The translations under genes and the position numbers were made by a program. This document shows, piece by piece, positions 12,928 through 26,307 of a DNA stretch of 64,000 nucleotides. The first letter of the stretch is position 1, and every line of letters begins with the position of its first letter. The DNA is from Octopus bimaculoides (taxonomy: Eukaryota): contig NC_068992.1 in NCBI RefSeq assembly GCF_001194135.2, positions 7,297,479-7,361,478 of the forward strand, in the 5' to 3' direction. The notes beneath the pieces are model-generated. The model was not told the origin of the DNA. It was given only the letters and a program-made list of their open reading frames with translations, and did not search any database.

Positions 12928-13436
12928 GTATTTTGTCTGTGACCCAGTTTTATCACAAATTTTGATTTTTTTTCTTATGAATCTTTTTATGGCCAAAATG
13001 TAAGAATGAAATGTTGACACTTGTAACTTTGCTATTTTCACAGCACTAATAAAAAGTTAACACACTGATATTGTGGACAATTTGCAGCTTCCAATACTTG
13101 TTACTATGTCACTACAACTTCACTGTAATTTTTTTGTTAATTAAAAAACCATTAAACTTGGTAACTTTAAACAGATAATTTTTTGCATTTAAGCTGAAAG
13201 AAAATATCTTCATATTATTATCTAATTTTATTATTTGTTATTTTTTTTTTTGTGTGTGTATGTGTTATTTTATGAAGTATAATTATTTTTAACAATAATT
13301 TATCTTTTGATGCACAAACTACTAATAGTGTTATCAAGAGCATATTTTTATTGTACTGTCAAAAAATAAAAGGTACATGATGCAATTGTCATCACAAACA
13401 ATTCTCTCATTCTTTTGTGCACGATTAAAACCACAG

Positions 13437-13451
13437 AAATTCAAAATGCAG
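13437..13451 (+). CDS. Candidate 15-nt micro-exon (EIQNA phase 1-1, or KFKMQ phase 0-0)
   Basis: ccacag|AAATTCAAAATGCAG|gtaagt; perfect CAG|GTAAGT donor; length is a multiple of 3. Confidence 0.4.
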
Positions 13452-14006
13452 GTAAGTTACTTTCTAATGCTGTTTAATGTTTAATTTCTCTATCTAAATT
13501 CAATGAAATACATCTAATTTTTTACACTTAAGGTTTAGTTAGTCAAAAAAATATTCATCTCAGATTAATACATTCCCAGCAAATTTTTGTTAAGAGAATA
13601 TCTTGTCTATGTAAGCATTGTTAAAAATTATTCTATATCCATATATTTCTATATTGATCTGGCCAGTATGATGGTTTTTGAAGTTGCTGTTCTTGTTGTG
13701 GCTGTTGTTATTTAGTTCCATGTCAGCCCAAAGAGAAGCCCTATGATCAAGCATATTCCAGTCATGATTTTTCCCACTTCTCTTTATTTGTCTTTAATTT
13801 TATTCAAGGACTGTATTGTCTCATGTATCCTTATTTATCTATGATCACAGTGTAGCATGATTTGTGGGAATTTGGTTGCTATTTCTAGTAGGTTGTTATT
13901 TTTATTGATGTTGGTCATGGAGAGCTTCAAATAATTTTAGAGTTGGATACTTTCCCTCATAGGTACTCTATCAGCTTTAAAGTTGAATTGGAACTTGTCA
14001 TTCCAG

Positions 14007-14053
14007 CAAACAGAAATGTAAGCATTGTTAACAGGTACAACTCAATGTTTGCA
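14007..14053 (+). CDS. Candidate exon (ANRNVSIVNRYNSMFA, phase 1 to 0)
   Basis: ttgtcattccag acceptor, GCA|gtaagt donor; in phase with 13437-13451. Confidence 0.3.
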
Positions 14054-14446
14054 GTAAGTTTTCAACTCCAAACCATATATTATCTGCAAGATTTTAACTT
14101 TTCTAGACTATTAGTTACATTTTACAAAATTGCATTCCTGTCAACTACAACATGTCTCAAACATTTATTCATGTAACCAGCAGTCCTGCAGTTTAATCTT
14201 ACAGCTATTTGTCTTACATTAATTATCTTTTAGACTTTTACTGCTTTACGGCATGTATGGCTGTGGCCACACTTGGGCACCACCATCATCAATTATAAAA
14301 TAGATTTTCTCTAAGCACAAAATCCTTTCTCTGTGTCAATAAGTGGGTCATTAAAAAATATATCTATACTTCAGAGAGTTTTAAGAAGCAGAAAATTACA
14401 TAATATATATGTATGTATGTATATATTCTGTTTCAAGTAGAAATTA

Positions 14447-14684
14447 TATCATCATCATCATCATCATCGTTTAACGTCCGCTTTCCATGCTAGCATGGGT
14501 TGGACGATTTGACTGAGGACTGGTGAAACCAGATGGCTACACCAGGCTCCAATCTGATTTGGCAGAGTTTCTACTGCTGGATGCCCTTCCTAACGCTAAC
14601 CACTCAGAGAGTGTAGTGGGTGCTTCTACGTGTCACCCACACGAAGGCCAGTCAGGTGGTACTGGCAACGGCCACACTCAAAAT

Positions 14685-14723
<39 letters not shown>

Positions 14724-15090
14724 NNNNNNNNNNNNNNNNNNNNNNNNNNNNNNNNNNNNNNNNNNNNNNNNNNNNNNNNNNNNNNNNNNNNNNNNNNNNN
14801 NNNNNNNNNNNNNNNNNNNNNNNNNNNNNNNNNNNNNNNNNNNNNNNNNNNNNNNNNNNNNNNNNNNNNNNNNNNNNNNNNNNNNNNNNNNNNNNNNNNN
14901 NNNNNNNNNNNNNNNNNNNNNNNNNNNNNNNNNNNNNNNNNNNNNNNNNNNNNGTGTGGCACTTTTTCACGCAGCTATCCTCCTCCATTCTCACCACATG
15001 TCCATACCAGCGCAATCGTCTCTCTTGCACGCCACAACTGATGCTTCTAATGTTCAGCTTTTCTCTCAGCCACCATGATCGACTGCTAGC
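14447..15090 (-). mobile_element. Young RTE LINE 3' end: RT C-terminus plus family A 3' UTR, split by (TA)n and a gap
   Basis: LREKLNIRSISCGVQERRLRWYGHVVRMEEDSCVKKCH at 14954-15070; (ATC)n tail at 14447-14470. Shows that family A tails derive from an RTE LINE. Confidence 0.9.
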
Positions 15091-15229
15091 CACTAAAGCT
15101 TTTTTATTCTCTCTCTGTTTATTTTCTCATGTTCCTTTCTGTTGAAGGCTCAAAACGTAAAAGACTTTCTCACCTTCCCGAGAGTTAAACTAATACACCT
15201 GTCTTCGTCTTTTGTTTTCTGTAAATTCC

Positions 15230-15277
<48 letters not shown>

Positions 15278-16439
15278 TATTTATTCAAAGAACACAATAT
15301 GTTATGAGTATGTTTGAAATATTTCTCAACATATGAAACTGTTAGCAGCACTTAAAGACAGATGTTGAGTCCTTTAAATAAACAATATGTACACCAGATG
15401 GAGCACTTTTTTGTTGGATTTTATATCACAGAACAGTACATAACATTTGTGCGTGTGTGTATGTTTGTGTATTTATTTGCATACACACCACCTTATATAT
15501 GTATCTATGTATATTTTATTTGTGTGTTAACAAAGCAACCAATGGTTTCATGTGAAGAGATCTTTAACATTGTTCAAGAGTGCCATATGGGAGTGTTGAT
15601 ATTCATCTCCATATGCATGTGTCTGTGTATATGCATGTACATATATGTATGTATGTGCATATATATATATATATATGTATACACAGACACACACATGCTC
15701 TCACACATACACACAAAACACACACACACACACACAACATACACATGTACTGTAGAACTCTGTGGGGAGGTATTCAGCTAATAAAATCACATGCTCTGAT
15801 TGTAATTTATTTCTTTATCAATATTGATTTAATTAATTTTTGATTGGTTTGTCCAAGTCTCTCAGCTCACAGTTGTAGCATTCTCAAAGATCTCTTTTTA
15901 TGTGTCTAGTATTTATACATTTTATTGTGTGCATGTGTATGTATATGTGCACAAGTACTTGTGTCCTATGTGTGTTTATAGTAGAAAACATCTGTACTCT
16001 TCTTTTAGTTTTTACAAATAGATACACGTTCGTTTTTGTAGCTGTTGTTTTTTTTTATTGTCATCTTCCTTATGTAGGCAGTTGTTACAATACCTTGTTT
16101 GACAAACTAATCATTTATTAATCAATTTATTACTAATAAGTGAACTACAGCCTGTTTGTGTGGTTTTATTGGCAGAATGAGACTCCCAACATATAACAAT
16201 ATCTGTTTCAACTTATGGTTTCCTATCAAGAATCTTATAAAACAAATGCCAAAAATGGCAGACACATACCCTAAACACACACTCCACAAACACACACACA
16301 TACACTGAGGCTCTGTTGAAAACCCAGATGTAGAAAACTACATACATATAACCACCATCGACACAAGATGTTGAAATCATAGAAATTAATGGAAGTTGTC
16401 ATAGATTCAACATACAATTTTCTTTTCACTTGATGAGAA

Positions 16440-18520
16440 AGTTCTTTAGCTCCCCCAACATTTCCACCATATTTTTACATAAGCTATGGTACTTTCAGAA
16501 CACATTCCTTCACAGATAAACATGTCTCCAAGGTTACAGAAGCCATCAGCTGAGGAGTCCTCTAAAATGTATTTCATCACTGCTCTTACTACTACTAACT
16601 GCTCTTGTATATCTGGGGCTCCCTGTGATCCCACAAAACTCTTGTGAACCTGTAGTTTATACAGGGTAAAGCATGGAATACCCACCTCACCTTTTTTATG
16701 TGTGAAGCAGGATCACTTCTCCCATGGCTACATCTTCTTTGCTGTCAACTTTGATAGGTATGCATGACTGTGTTGTTTAAGAAATTCACTTCCAAACCTC
16801 ATGGTTTGAGGTTCAGTCCCCTTGTGTGGTACCTTAAGGAAGTGTATTATATTATAGCTCTAGGGCACCAATCCATTTTGAGTGGATTCTGTTGATGAAT
16901 ACTGGAAGAAGCCCTTCATATATGTGTGAGTATGTTTATGCATGTGAGTATTCCATTGTCTTAAAATCATGTGACAGTTCTGAGCAGATGCCACCATCAT
17001 ACTAGTGATGTTATGTATTTCCAATTTGCTATGAAAACACGTTTGACCAAAGGTAAATATTACCTTACTTGGAAACAAGTGAAGAATGGTGATTAGACTA
17101 TGTATCCAGCCATGGAAAATCTGCCCCAATGAATTCTGTTTGACCCATACAAGCATGAAAATGTGGATGTGAAAATGAGATGATTTGGTTTACATTAAGA
17201 CACCTTAATTCTAGATTTTGCTCCCTCATTTGCAATTTCTTCTTTATATTCTTCCACACAAATTCAGTTATTAGAACTAAATCACTGGCAAACAGTAGAT
17301 CCCATAAACATCTGATCTTAAACTCATTTGTACTAGCCAGAAAGGCTATAATAAAGAGATGGGGCTGAGAACTGATGTCTAGCTGAATTTTCTTGCATTA
17401 TTGATGACACTTCTGTACATGGCTTGCATGGCTCTCACAAGTCCTTCATCTATCCCTTCATTTCTTAATGACTACCATACTACAGAATGTGAAATCCTGT
17501 CAAAGGCCACCACCAGATTGACAGGAGCTTGATAGAGGGACTTAATCCTAGCTAAGTACTTTTGTTATTTCACTTGGAAGAGGGCATAATTAGCACACAA
17601 TCTATGTATAAACCCAAACTGTATCTCATCTAGTTTTCTTTTTAATCAGATAAGCTTTCCTGATTTAATCATGTTTATAACTGTCAATGGGTCCCAATGT
17701 TGAATTTATTGGGTGTAGGTCCTTTATCTCTTATGTATTCTTCTGAGTCAACCACATTTTGTTGTCACAACTTCCATGCCTCCTCGTCAGATCAGGGAGG
17801 CTGGTGTATCTATATCATTACATGTACATTTATTTTTAAAAATGCCCTTCTGTTTCATACTGATACATATTAATACACAACACAGAATACTTCACTATCT
17901 GATGTTGTAGAATATTAGCAAATCATTTACTTTCTGCTTCTTTTATGAGTATCCCTGACATCTAGCTTCTTTTCTAGTTTCCTAATATCATTTCTTGCTT
18001 CTTTCTTCTATTCTTTTCTTTCCAAACTTTTTGTTAGATTTTATGATTGTACAATTCCACAAGCAAGTCACCTTCAATCTAATTAGAACATTGTGCTCAA
18101 CAAATTTTCTGTAGAAATACCTAGTTGTCTCTATTTCCTTCTCCTCAACACACACACCACCTTATACTTTGAATCTGTATTGGTCTGAAGGATTTTTCAA
18201 GTTCCATAATTTATTTCTAATGATTATCAGATGTCTCTGAATCTAGCTATTACTTTGATGTCACTTACCACAAATCTAAATTCCGTTGTGTATTCTTCAT
18301 AAAGAAAAACTTAAGTATTTACAATCAGCTATCTATCCTATCTACGGTAAATACGAAATACATTTGTCTCTCCTATTCACCTATGTGATATGTAACCCGA
18401 TAGCTGGTTAGTTTCCTAAAATTAGTGTTACGCCACAGAAATCCAAGGGTCTTGATCTTTCCTAATTCTGTGCATCAAGATTGTAACCACCATCTATAGT
18501 AGGATAGCTGCAAGCCACAT
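16440..18520 (-). pseudogene. Old fragmented RTE LINE ORF2 (endonuclease, linker, RT, thumb) interrupted by a SINE
   Basis: Minus strand: RNTNFRKLTSYRVTY (near 18400), EAESK*FANILQHQ (near 17920), IDEIQFGF...AFDRISHSVVW (17500-17640), DGFCNLGDMFICEGMCSES (near 16520). Confidence 0.75.
16763..17183 (+). mobile_element. tRNA-head SINE (family D head, RTE-like tail) nested in the RTE remnant
   Basis: Head ggttcagtcccc...ctggaagaagcc as at 48100-48215; tail gacccatacaagcatgaaaatgtggatg...gatgat as in family A. Confidence 0.7.
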
Positions 18521-19075
18521 TCATAATTTTTGGTAAATGTCAAACAGCTTCATAACATGCATCAAATAAAAACTTTCATTTCTTTTGTTAACATGCATTT
18601 CACACTCAGTTTTTTTTTTTTAATATTCCAAACTGCTTAATGAGTAAATGTCAACAAGCTTTATATAATACTTTGGCACACTCTAATCAAATCAAAAAGT
18701 TTTCTCTTGTTATTATACTGATTCTAACGTTTGATATGTAAATCTAAGTTAATTGGATTCATTAATTGTTTCTTGAAAACTGGTAAAATGTGTAATTCAG
18801 AGTTTCAGTTTCTGAGAATTCAATTAAAAATATTCAGCTCTTTCTTCTCTGGATTATTTTACGTTATTATGCATTTCATTCCCATGTATGGATTATGGTG
18901 GAAACAGCTGTGGACAAAAAAGTATCCAATGCTTCAGTCAGCATCATTTAGAATAAAGATGACAGAAGGAAAGTAAAACAAAGGCAGCAAAGTTTTGCAC
19001 CTAATTTTGGAGAAATTCTGTCTGAAATGGGGAAAACAGGACATCATGAGCTGTTTACACAGACATGAAGCATAT

Positions 19076-19124
<49 letters not shown>

Positions 19125-19199
19125 CACACATAAAATGTATGTATATAATGATGACATTACCATTTACAACTGAGCTACAGATATAATGTATGTACATTG

Positions 19200-19430
19200 T
19201 ATATTCCTTAACTTATTCCCTTTTTCAGTCATTGCACTGAGGCTATGCTGGGGAGTAGACTTGAAGGGTTTAGTGAAACAAATCAACCCCAGTGCGTATT
19301 TCAAGTCTGGTGCTTATTCTATCATACCTTTTTGCCAAGCTGCTAAGTTACAGGAAAGTAAACAAACCAACACCAGTTGTCAAGCAAAGATTGCAGTGTG
19401 TGTGAAAGATGGGCTTCCCCTCAGTTTTGT
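19200..19430 (-). mobile_element. Family D SINE, reversed, degenerate
   Basis: ttttcagtcattgcactgagg...caaccccagtgcgta...cttattctatc...gccaagctgctaagttac matches the reverse of 48290-48430. Confidence 0.6.
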
Positions 19431-19556
19431 TCAGCCAAATTCACTCACACAGCATTGGTTAGCCTCAGAATATCCCTTTTTTTCATCCAATGCATGTAAC
19501 ACCAACCAAATATATTGAGTGCTACTTTCTTCACTAAATCATATATATATATATAT

Positions 19557-20097
19557 TATAATCGATTAAATAAACAGAAGATGGAATTGGTTGGTATAAC
19601 TCTTTTATTTTGTACAACAATCATTTCAACCCATCCTGCAACTGTCCTTTACAGATAAGATGCTGTGTATCATATTATGCTGCATCAATCTTGCAGTCTG
19701 AGTCACATCAGAAACATTCATACATAAAGTGGTGTCTCGCTAAAGATCTTGAGTCTGGGTGGTCATGGTGGTATTCGTCCGCCTCTTTTTTCTTCCGTTT
19801 TGTCTACAGTTTAAATATTTTATTTGTTATGGGTAGTTATCAATAAAGACAACCGTAGCAATGCATCATTCCCCAACAGAGGTGAGCAAATAACAACACA
19901 ACTGCCCGAACTCAAGACCTTTCGCAAGACACCATTTTATGTATGCATGTTCCTGATGTGACCTATATTGAAAAATTGATGCAACATATGATGCACAGCA
20001 TCCCACATATAAAGGACAGTTGCAGGATGGGTCAAAACGATCGTCATACAAAATAAAGAGTTATACCAATTCCATCATCTGTTTACTTAATTATTAT
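19557..20097. repeat. Long imperfect inverted repeat (arms about 19557-19761 and 19902-20097, spacer about 140 bp)
   Basis: Arm 2 reverse complement aligns to arm 1 at roughly 83-85% by hand count; ORFs 19610(+) and 19866(-) are mirror paralogues. Confidence 0.95.
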
Positions 20098-20236
20098 CTT
20101 AACTAACACAGCGGAATTCCTGAAGTAGATCCAGAGGAAATATACCCCGACTGCAGATGACACCAGGTGGCCCAAACTGTGCCAGTTCTTTACTCGACAC
20201 ATCAGCACACTAATTGACGTATACTTATTAGTCCAA

Positions 20237-20274
<38 letters not shown>

Positions 20275-21039
20275 NNNNNNNNNNNNNNNNNNNNNNNNNN
20301 NNNNNNNNNNNNNNNNNNNNNNNNNNNNNNNNNNNNNNNNNNNNNNNNNNNNNNNNNNNNNNNNNNNNNNNNNNNNNNNNNNNNNNNNNNNNNNNNNNNN
20401 NNNNNNNNNNNNNNNNNNNNNNNNNNNNNNNNNNNNNNNNNNNNNNNNNNNNNNNNNNNNNNNNNNNNNNNNNNNNNNNNNNNNNNNNNNNNNNNNNNNN
20501 NNNNNNNNNNNNNNNNNNNNNNNNNNNNNNNNNNNNNNNNNNNNNNNNNNNNNNNNNNNNNNNNNNNNNNNNNNNNNNNNNNNNNNNNNNNNNNNNNNNN
20601 NNNNNNNNNNNNNNNNNNNNNNNNNNNNNNNNNNNNNNNNNNNNNNNNNNNNNNNNNNNNNNNNNNNNNNNNNNNNNNNNNNNNNNNNNNNNNNNNNNNN
20701 NNNNNNNNNNNNNNNNNNNNNNNNNNNNNNNNNNNNNNNNNNNNNNNNNNNNNNNNNNNNNNNNNNNNNNNNNNNNNNNNNNNNNNNNNNNNNNNNNNNN
20801 NNNNNNNNNNNNNNNNNNNNNNNNNNNNNNNNNNNNNNNNNNNNNNTATATAAATGAATTAGTATTTTTAGGTCATATCATATACAACATATAGACTGAT
20901 ATAGATCTCTTCCATTATATAGTAGTATGGTTACTATGTTGTCTTCTGGCACACTTAGCTGGCTAAGAAACCATAGAAGATTCTTCAGTATAGATTTAGG
21001 ATAAAAGCCAAGTAATATTTGGAAACACTTCTTTCACAG

Positions 21040-21093
21040 AAGATAAATGTAACATGTCAAAGGCAGGAATTGAACTGAACAGGTTAAATTCAG
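21040..21093 (+). CDS. Candidate 54-nt symmetric exon (EDKCNMSKAGIELNRLNS, phase 1-1)
   Basis: cacttctttcacag acceptor, CAG|gtaagt donor; only one frame open; loosely resembles CMTR2 linker CMGKAEQEKLNNL (from memory). Confidence 0.55.
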
Positions 21094-23199
21094 GTAAGTA
21101 ACTAAGTTTATTTGCATTCTGCAAGATGTATACTGGTATTGTTTGAACATTACTGCTATTAAAACAGTCTTAGTAAGCAAAACACACTTGTCTCTGCAAA
21201 TATCTGTATGTTTACTTATAAAGTGCATTTGTTACTGAGATTCAGAATTCTTAAACTATATATATATATATATATATGAACATTTATGCAGTACTTTCAA
21301 AATAATTAGAGTAACAGTAACCAATGGGAAAGATTCTAGCTTAGTTGTACCAGCTTTTAGACATAGCAGCCAAATTTTCTTTAACTCATACCTTAACATT
21401 TGAATAAGGGAATGACATATAGGGTAATGTATTCCTAGATGGAGTTTATCTGAAAATTAAATGGGAGAATCATAAATGGAATGTCTTTGACCATATATCT
21501 GCTCAATCAGGACCAGTTTGAGACAGAACAACTTAGAGTAACATATAACCATTTCTAAGAATGTTATTCCAATTAAAAAGATTGTGTGTGCATATGGGTG
21601 AAGTTTCATGCATAAATGCATGTATCTGTGTGTGTGCAGGAACATGAGTATGTTTGTGTGCCCATGCTTATAAATGATGTGCGTATGTGTGTGACAGAGA
21701 GAGAATGAGGTTGTATGTATGAATGTGTGTAATCGGATTGTATGTATGTTTGTGCATATGTGTGGGTGAGAGCTTGTATGTTTGTGAATGCATGCATACA
21801 TGTGTGCATATGTACATGTACATATTCTGCTGCTTATACAGATGTATATGCTCATATGAGAATGTGATTATGTGTGTGTGTTTATGTGTTTTGCACATGA
21901 TGTGTGTACATTTGTGTGAAGTGGGATTTTGTGTGTAAATAAAAGCATTTTCATTAATCTGGTTAGACAAATAATTTATCATCGTTTATAAAACAAATCC
22001 TGACAAGTTATAAATGTTTTGAGTTGCATACAACAATGAAACTTCTACATGGTCATTGAATTTGCTGGAAATGACAACCAAACTTCCCATGATTCACCCT
22101 AGAATTTTCTTTTAAATTAAATATAATTGCATAATATAGTCCTGGTTATCCTATTTCTGAATAAAAACTAGATTGTCACAGTTGATCCCTGGTCTGCAGT
22201 TGATCATCAGGACTAACCAGGGGCTTAGCAGCAACAACAACATTTATGGCAGAGGCAGTGTGTGAACCTCTACAGATTCACTGACTTGCTAGAAATAACA
22301 GCTAAATCTCTTTCAAACCACATTCTACTATTTTAGAAAATATAAGTTGGCTAATGTAGTCTAGGGTACATTATTCCTGAAAAGAGTATAGTTGCAGCTA
22401 AAATGCCTTTCATCATAAGTTTTCTCAATTAAGACTGAACTGGGGTTATACAACAACAACAATTTTTTTAAAGACAATTAAGCTATTCATCTGTTACTGG
22501 GTTGATTGCAGGACCAAATAGATTGAAGTACTTTGCAGAAGATAGCAGCATAATGTTTGCAAGGATCTTCCACAACTTTATTTGCTCCAGCGAAAGGTTC
22601 CAGGATCTCATCTCAAACTCCATCCAGTACACTAACTTCTTTACCTATGCCACTAAACCTGCTAGAAACAGCAGCCAATGCACTATGAAATTAAACTTCT
22701 TGAAAAAGAAAGGATGTAGTGAAAGTATAGTTCGAAATGCTCCCTAAAAAAGACAAAATGTGAACTTGAAGATGTGTCAAAACTATGGTGGTGGACAATG
22801 TGTTCAGATGAAAAAATGCCTTAGTCTACACCCCATCAGAGTTAAGAGTTCCCCAAACTTTATTCTTTAAGTGTTTATATCATAAACCCTTAAATACAAG
22901 CAATGTAAAAGGCCTTTAAACTATTACTCAGTATATTAGGAAAAGAAAATTGATATCTCTTGAAATCAACTTAAAAATATAAGTATATATTGGATGACAT
23001 AATCTCAGGTACACTGTCTAAAAGAAAGATGGGAGATGAACACAACTGGAATTTCTTTGATCATAAATCGGCACAATCAAGATGACATGCAGTTAAACAA
23101 CAACATCAACAACAACATCCCTTAGATGCTATACATTCAATGGTTTCAACTGCAAAATTGTTATATAGGTATGTATGATTTTCAGTGACTGGCTTCTTA

Positions 23200-23750
23200 T
23201 CTTTTTCATTACAGGAATACATGTGGGGTACCAAAAGGTTTTTGCTTGCAAGTGGGCTACTAGAAGTCTCATTGTTTTAATCGTACATTTATTAGGTATA
23301 TTCTTAATCAGCATAATTGAATTATTGCCTCTCATTTTATTGCATACAAGGAATGGTAATTTCCTGGAAGCTCTCTGATTTTAATGGCTCTGTCTATTAC
23401 TAGTTAATATCTTAATCTTGGCCATGTTCAACTTCGAACTCTATCATTTACATCTATAATTAGTTCTTATTAAGCATAGCTAGATTAATTCTACAATAAA
23501 AACCATGATTGATATTGTAATTAAGAATCTCTTCTTCAATATATCTTCAGTGTTATCTTTGTAGCAATTAATAATGGTGCTGTTTTGTCAATCATCTGAG
23601 ATAATGGCTTCCTACGCAATTGGATTGACTAATAGATCATGAATATAGATAAGTGAACTTACTACTAGAACTCTTAGTGACACCAGGTAGTGTGGACCAA
23701 CAAATATTCAGTGGAATAAAGTACACCAAATAGAATAAATTCAAGGGATT
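23200..23750 (-). pseudogene. Decayed RTE RT remnant
   Basis: Minus strand ...KINLAKIKIL...RASRKLPFLVCNKMRGNNSI matches the RTE RVNLAKTKVL...GRWPCSICRKGVGRNSI region. Confidence 0.55.
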
Positions 23751-26254
23751 AGAAGAAAAAGTAATTCTAAAAGCTAATCCTTTTAATGGAGGTGAAAATC
23801 TAATTGTTCCTTGTATAATTATTTTAATTTCTCATAAAAAGTTGGGATGTAATTGATTAAGCAGTAAACTTTTATGCTTAAGTCCTTCTCCGATGAAGAC
23901 TCTTGTACAGTACGAGTATAGATACACACAGAAGTGCACTACAAATACACACACATGCTCACACATACATGAATTCAAATATTAAGATGTTAATGTCAAT
24001 AAAAAGCCTCTAATAAAAGCATAATGTTGACCATGTTGATACTTGCATATTAAATAATTTCTCATCAAAACGAATGCAATTAATTAAAAATCTATATAGA
24101 CAGGTGGAGGACAAAATCAATCAGTAAAGTCTTTGACAAGATGCCTTGTATTTATTTAAATCCCTTTATGCTCTCACTTTAAATTTTACTGAGGTTCACC
24201 TTTTGCCTTTCATCCTTCTGAGGTTGTTGGAATAAGTTCTGAACAATAAGATAATTACTAGAGTTATTGTAATGGACTTTGTAATTCCCTATACCATTTC
24301 CATGGCAACGCCACATCTAATGACTGATGTCAGTAAAAGAATATATGCTCAATATTACAAACTCGTTTAGGAAATATAATTAAATTCTTTTGACTAAAGG
24401 AAAAGAGATGTTGTTGTGTGAATGGTTTCCTCATTAGAGTATGCAAATCTTAAAGGTCATCTTAATGAAATTTAGTTAATGGATTCTGTGTACAATATGT
24501 CTCATCATATACAAGCTAAGTATTGTGCTCTGCCTTAAATATACTCTTCTGTGAGTAATGAACATAGTACTTAATTATATCGACTTTATACTATAGAGTA
24601 ACAATAACATTTAGGCACATAGAAACTGTGCAGAGGCCTGTTGCGAATGTGTGAGTGTGTATATATATATATAAATTATATTATATGTATATCATATTAT
24701 GTTATAGTACACATATATTATAGCATGTACATAGGTTTGCATGTGTGATAAAATGTGTACCATTGAGAGCTTTCTTGCGTTTTTCTTTTGTATAAAATAT
24801 ATAAGCAATATACATTATGATTACACTTAACAAGCACCTACTTTATTTTTGTTTACTTTTACACCACAATTGGTGAGCCCTACTTATAGATCTCCAGTGG
24901 ACCAACCATTGATTCATTGCATTTCAGATGGTGATTGTGACAAGGGAGTGTTAGTAACTTAGTGTGGAAGAAATATCACAAGAAACTTTGTCTGAATAGC
25001 ACTGGTTTTAGGGGTTTCCTGCTGATATCTACCTCTCATAAATATATATCAGTGATGCATGTGTGTGTGCGTGACAGACAGACAGACATCCATGCAGCCT
25101 CCATATAATACAGCTAGTATGATTCTACATTATTACGTAATGCATGATGATAAAACTGTATTCAATCTTTATCTGTTCTGAACTGACTGTATTTTCACAA
25201 AGAAGCTTCTATGTAGTCACTGAACTTGCAAGAAGTAGCAGTCAAATCTCATTCAAATTATATCATAAAAAGAACACACTGAATAATCTAATCCTAGATA
25301 AACTATATCTGAAACAAAACAAAACGATAGGATGGTCACAGCTTGATGAGGGCCAATGTGGAGTTAAACAACATAAACAACAACAAGGACAAATTGAATC
25401 TATAATCCTAGATGAATGGTTACAGATTGAATGCTCTTGATTATGTCTGTTAGCACTAAAATTAATAATTTAATTAAAGAGTTAGATTGTAAGTATCCTT
25501 TTAATTGAAACAAATTATGAAATACGTATTTCATGTTGATTTTGCATCACAAAATGAATAGCAATGTTAGAAATGGCTGCCAAATGTCCTTCGAATCCTA
25601 TCCTTTCATCTTAAAAAGGAAGGTCATTTTATATAATGTAGTCTTAGATACTTCTAAAAAAATATGGGACAGTCATGGCTGGAGCATCTTTGACTATAGG
25701 TTTGCTCAGTTGGTGTTAACCTATGGCTGAACAACAATAACAACAACCTCATAAATACCAGTTTATTCTTAATGAGTTCTTTCTTGCATAATAAACTGCT
25801 GTTTGTAATACGTAGTTCTTCTAACATTAATTAAGTACATTTTTTTTAATTGATTGATTGAATCTTTTTCATTTTTTTTTTTTCTTTTCATGTGATGGTA
25901 GCCAATTCTGTATGAAATTTATCTTCTGCAAGGTTTTATGGCTCTGTCTTTGTTGTTGTATCACTTATTTATGTAAAATATTTTTTAAAGTCCAGTCTCA
26001 TACAAAAATTCTAGCATTACTGTCAAATTGGTAGCGTTCATTTACTTTTTGAATTGGTTCTGGCAGGATGGCTGTAACCATGATGGTGCCACATCCATCT
26101 TCTTTGTTCGTTTTCTACAAGAATTTGATTCAAGATGAATTTTCTTCTTCAAATAATTTTGGACAAGTGTTTTCTACTGTAGCTTCAGATTGTTGGTCCT
26201 TGCCTTGTGAATGCAGAAACTGTATAATAGTTTAAAAAAACTATTTGAAAGTTC

Positions 26255-26256
<2 letters not shown>

Positions 26257-26305
<49 letters not shown>
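26257..26305. repeat. (TG)n microsatellite
   Basis: Direct reading. Confidence 0.97.

Positions 26306-26307
<2 letters not shown>

Noticed and set aside
18731-18850. TGKMCNSEF as the CMTR2 catalytic TSKAGNSEVY motif
   Set aside because: Lacks the KP catalytic lysine context and correct spacing; no convincing splice sites.
19610-20051. Two paralogous small Cys/His-rich proteins on opposite strands
   Set aside because: They are the two arms of the inverted repeat; the divergence looks like neutral CpG decay and includes a 4-bp indel.
25144-25440. 98-aa ORF
   Set aside because: Runs through a reversed family C repeat and (CAA)n; no coding signature.
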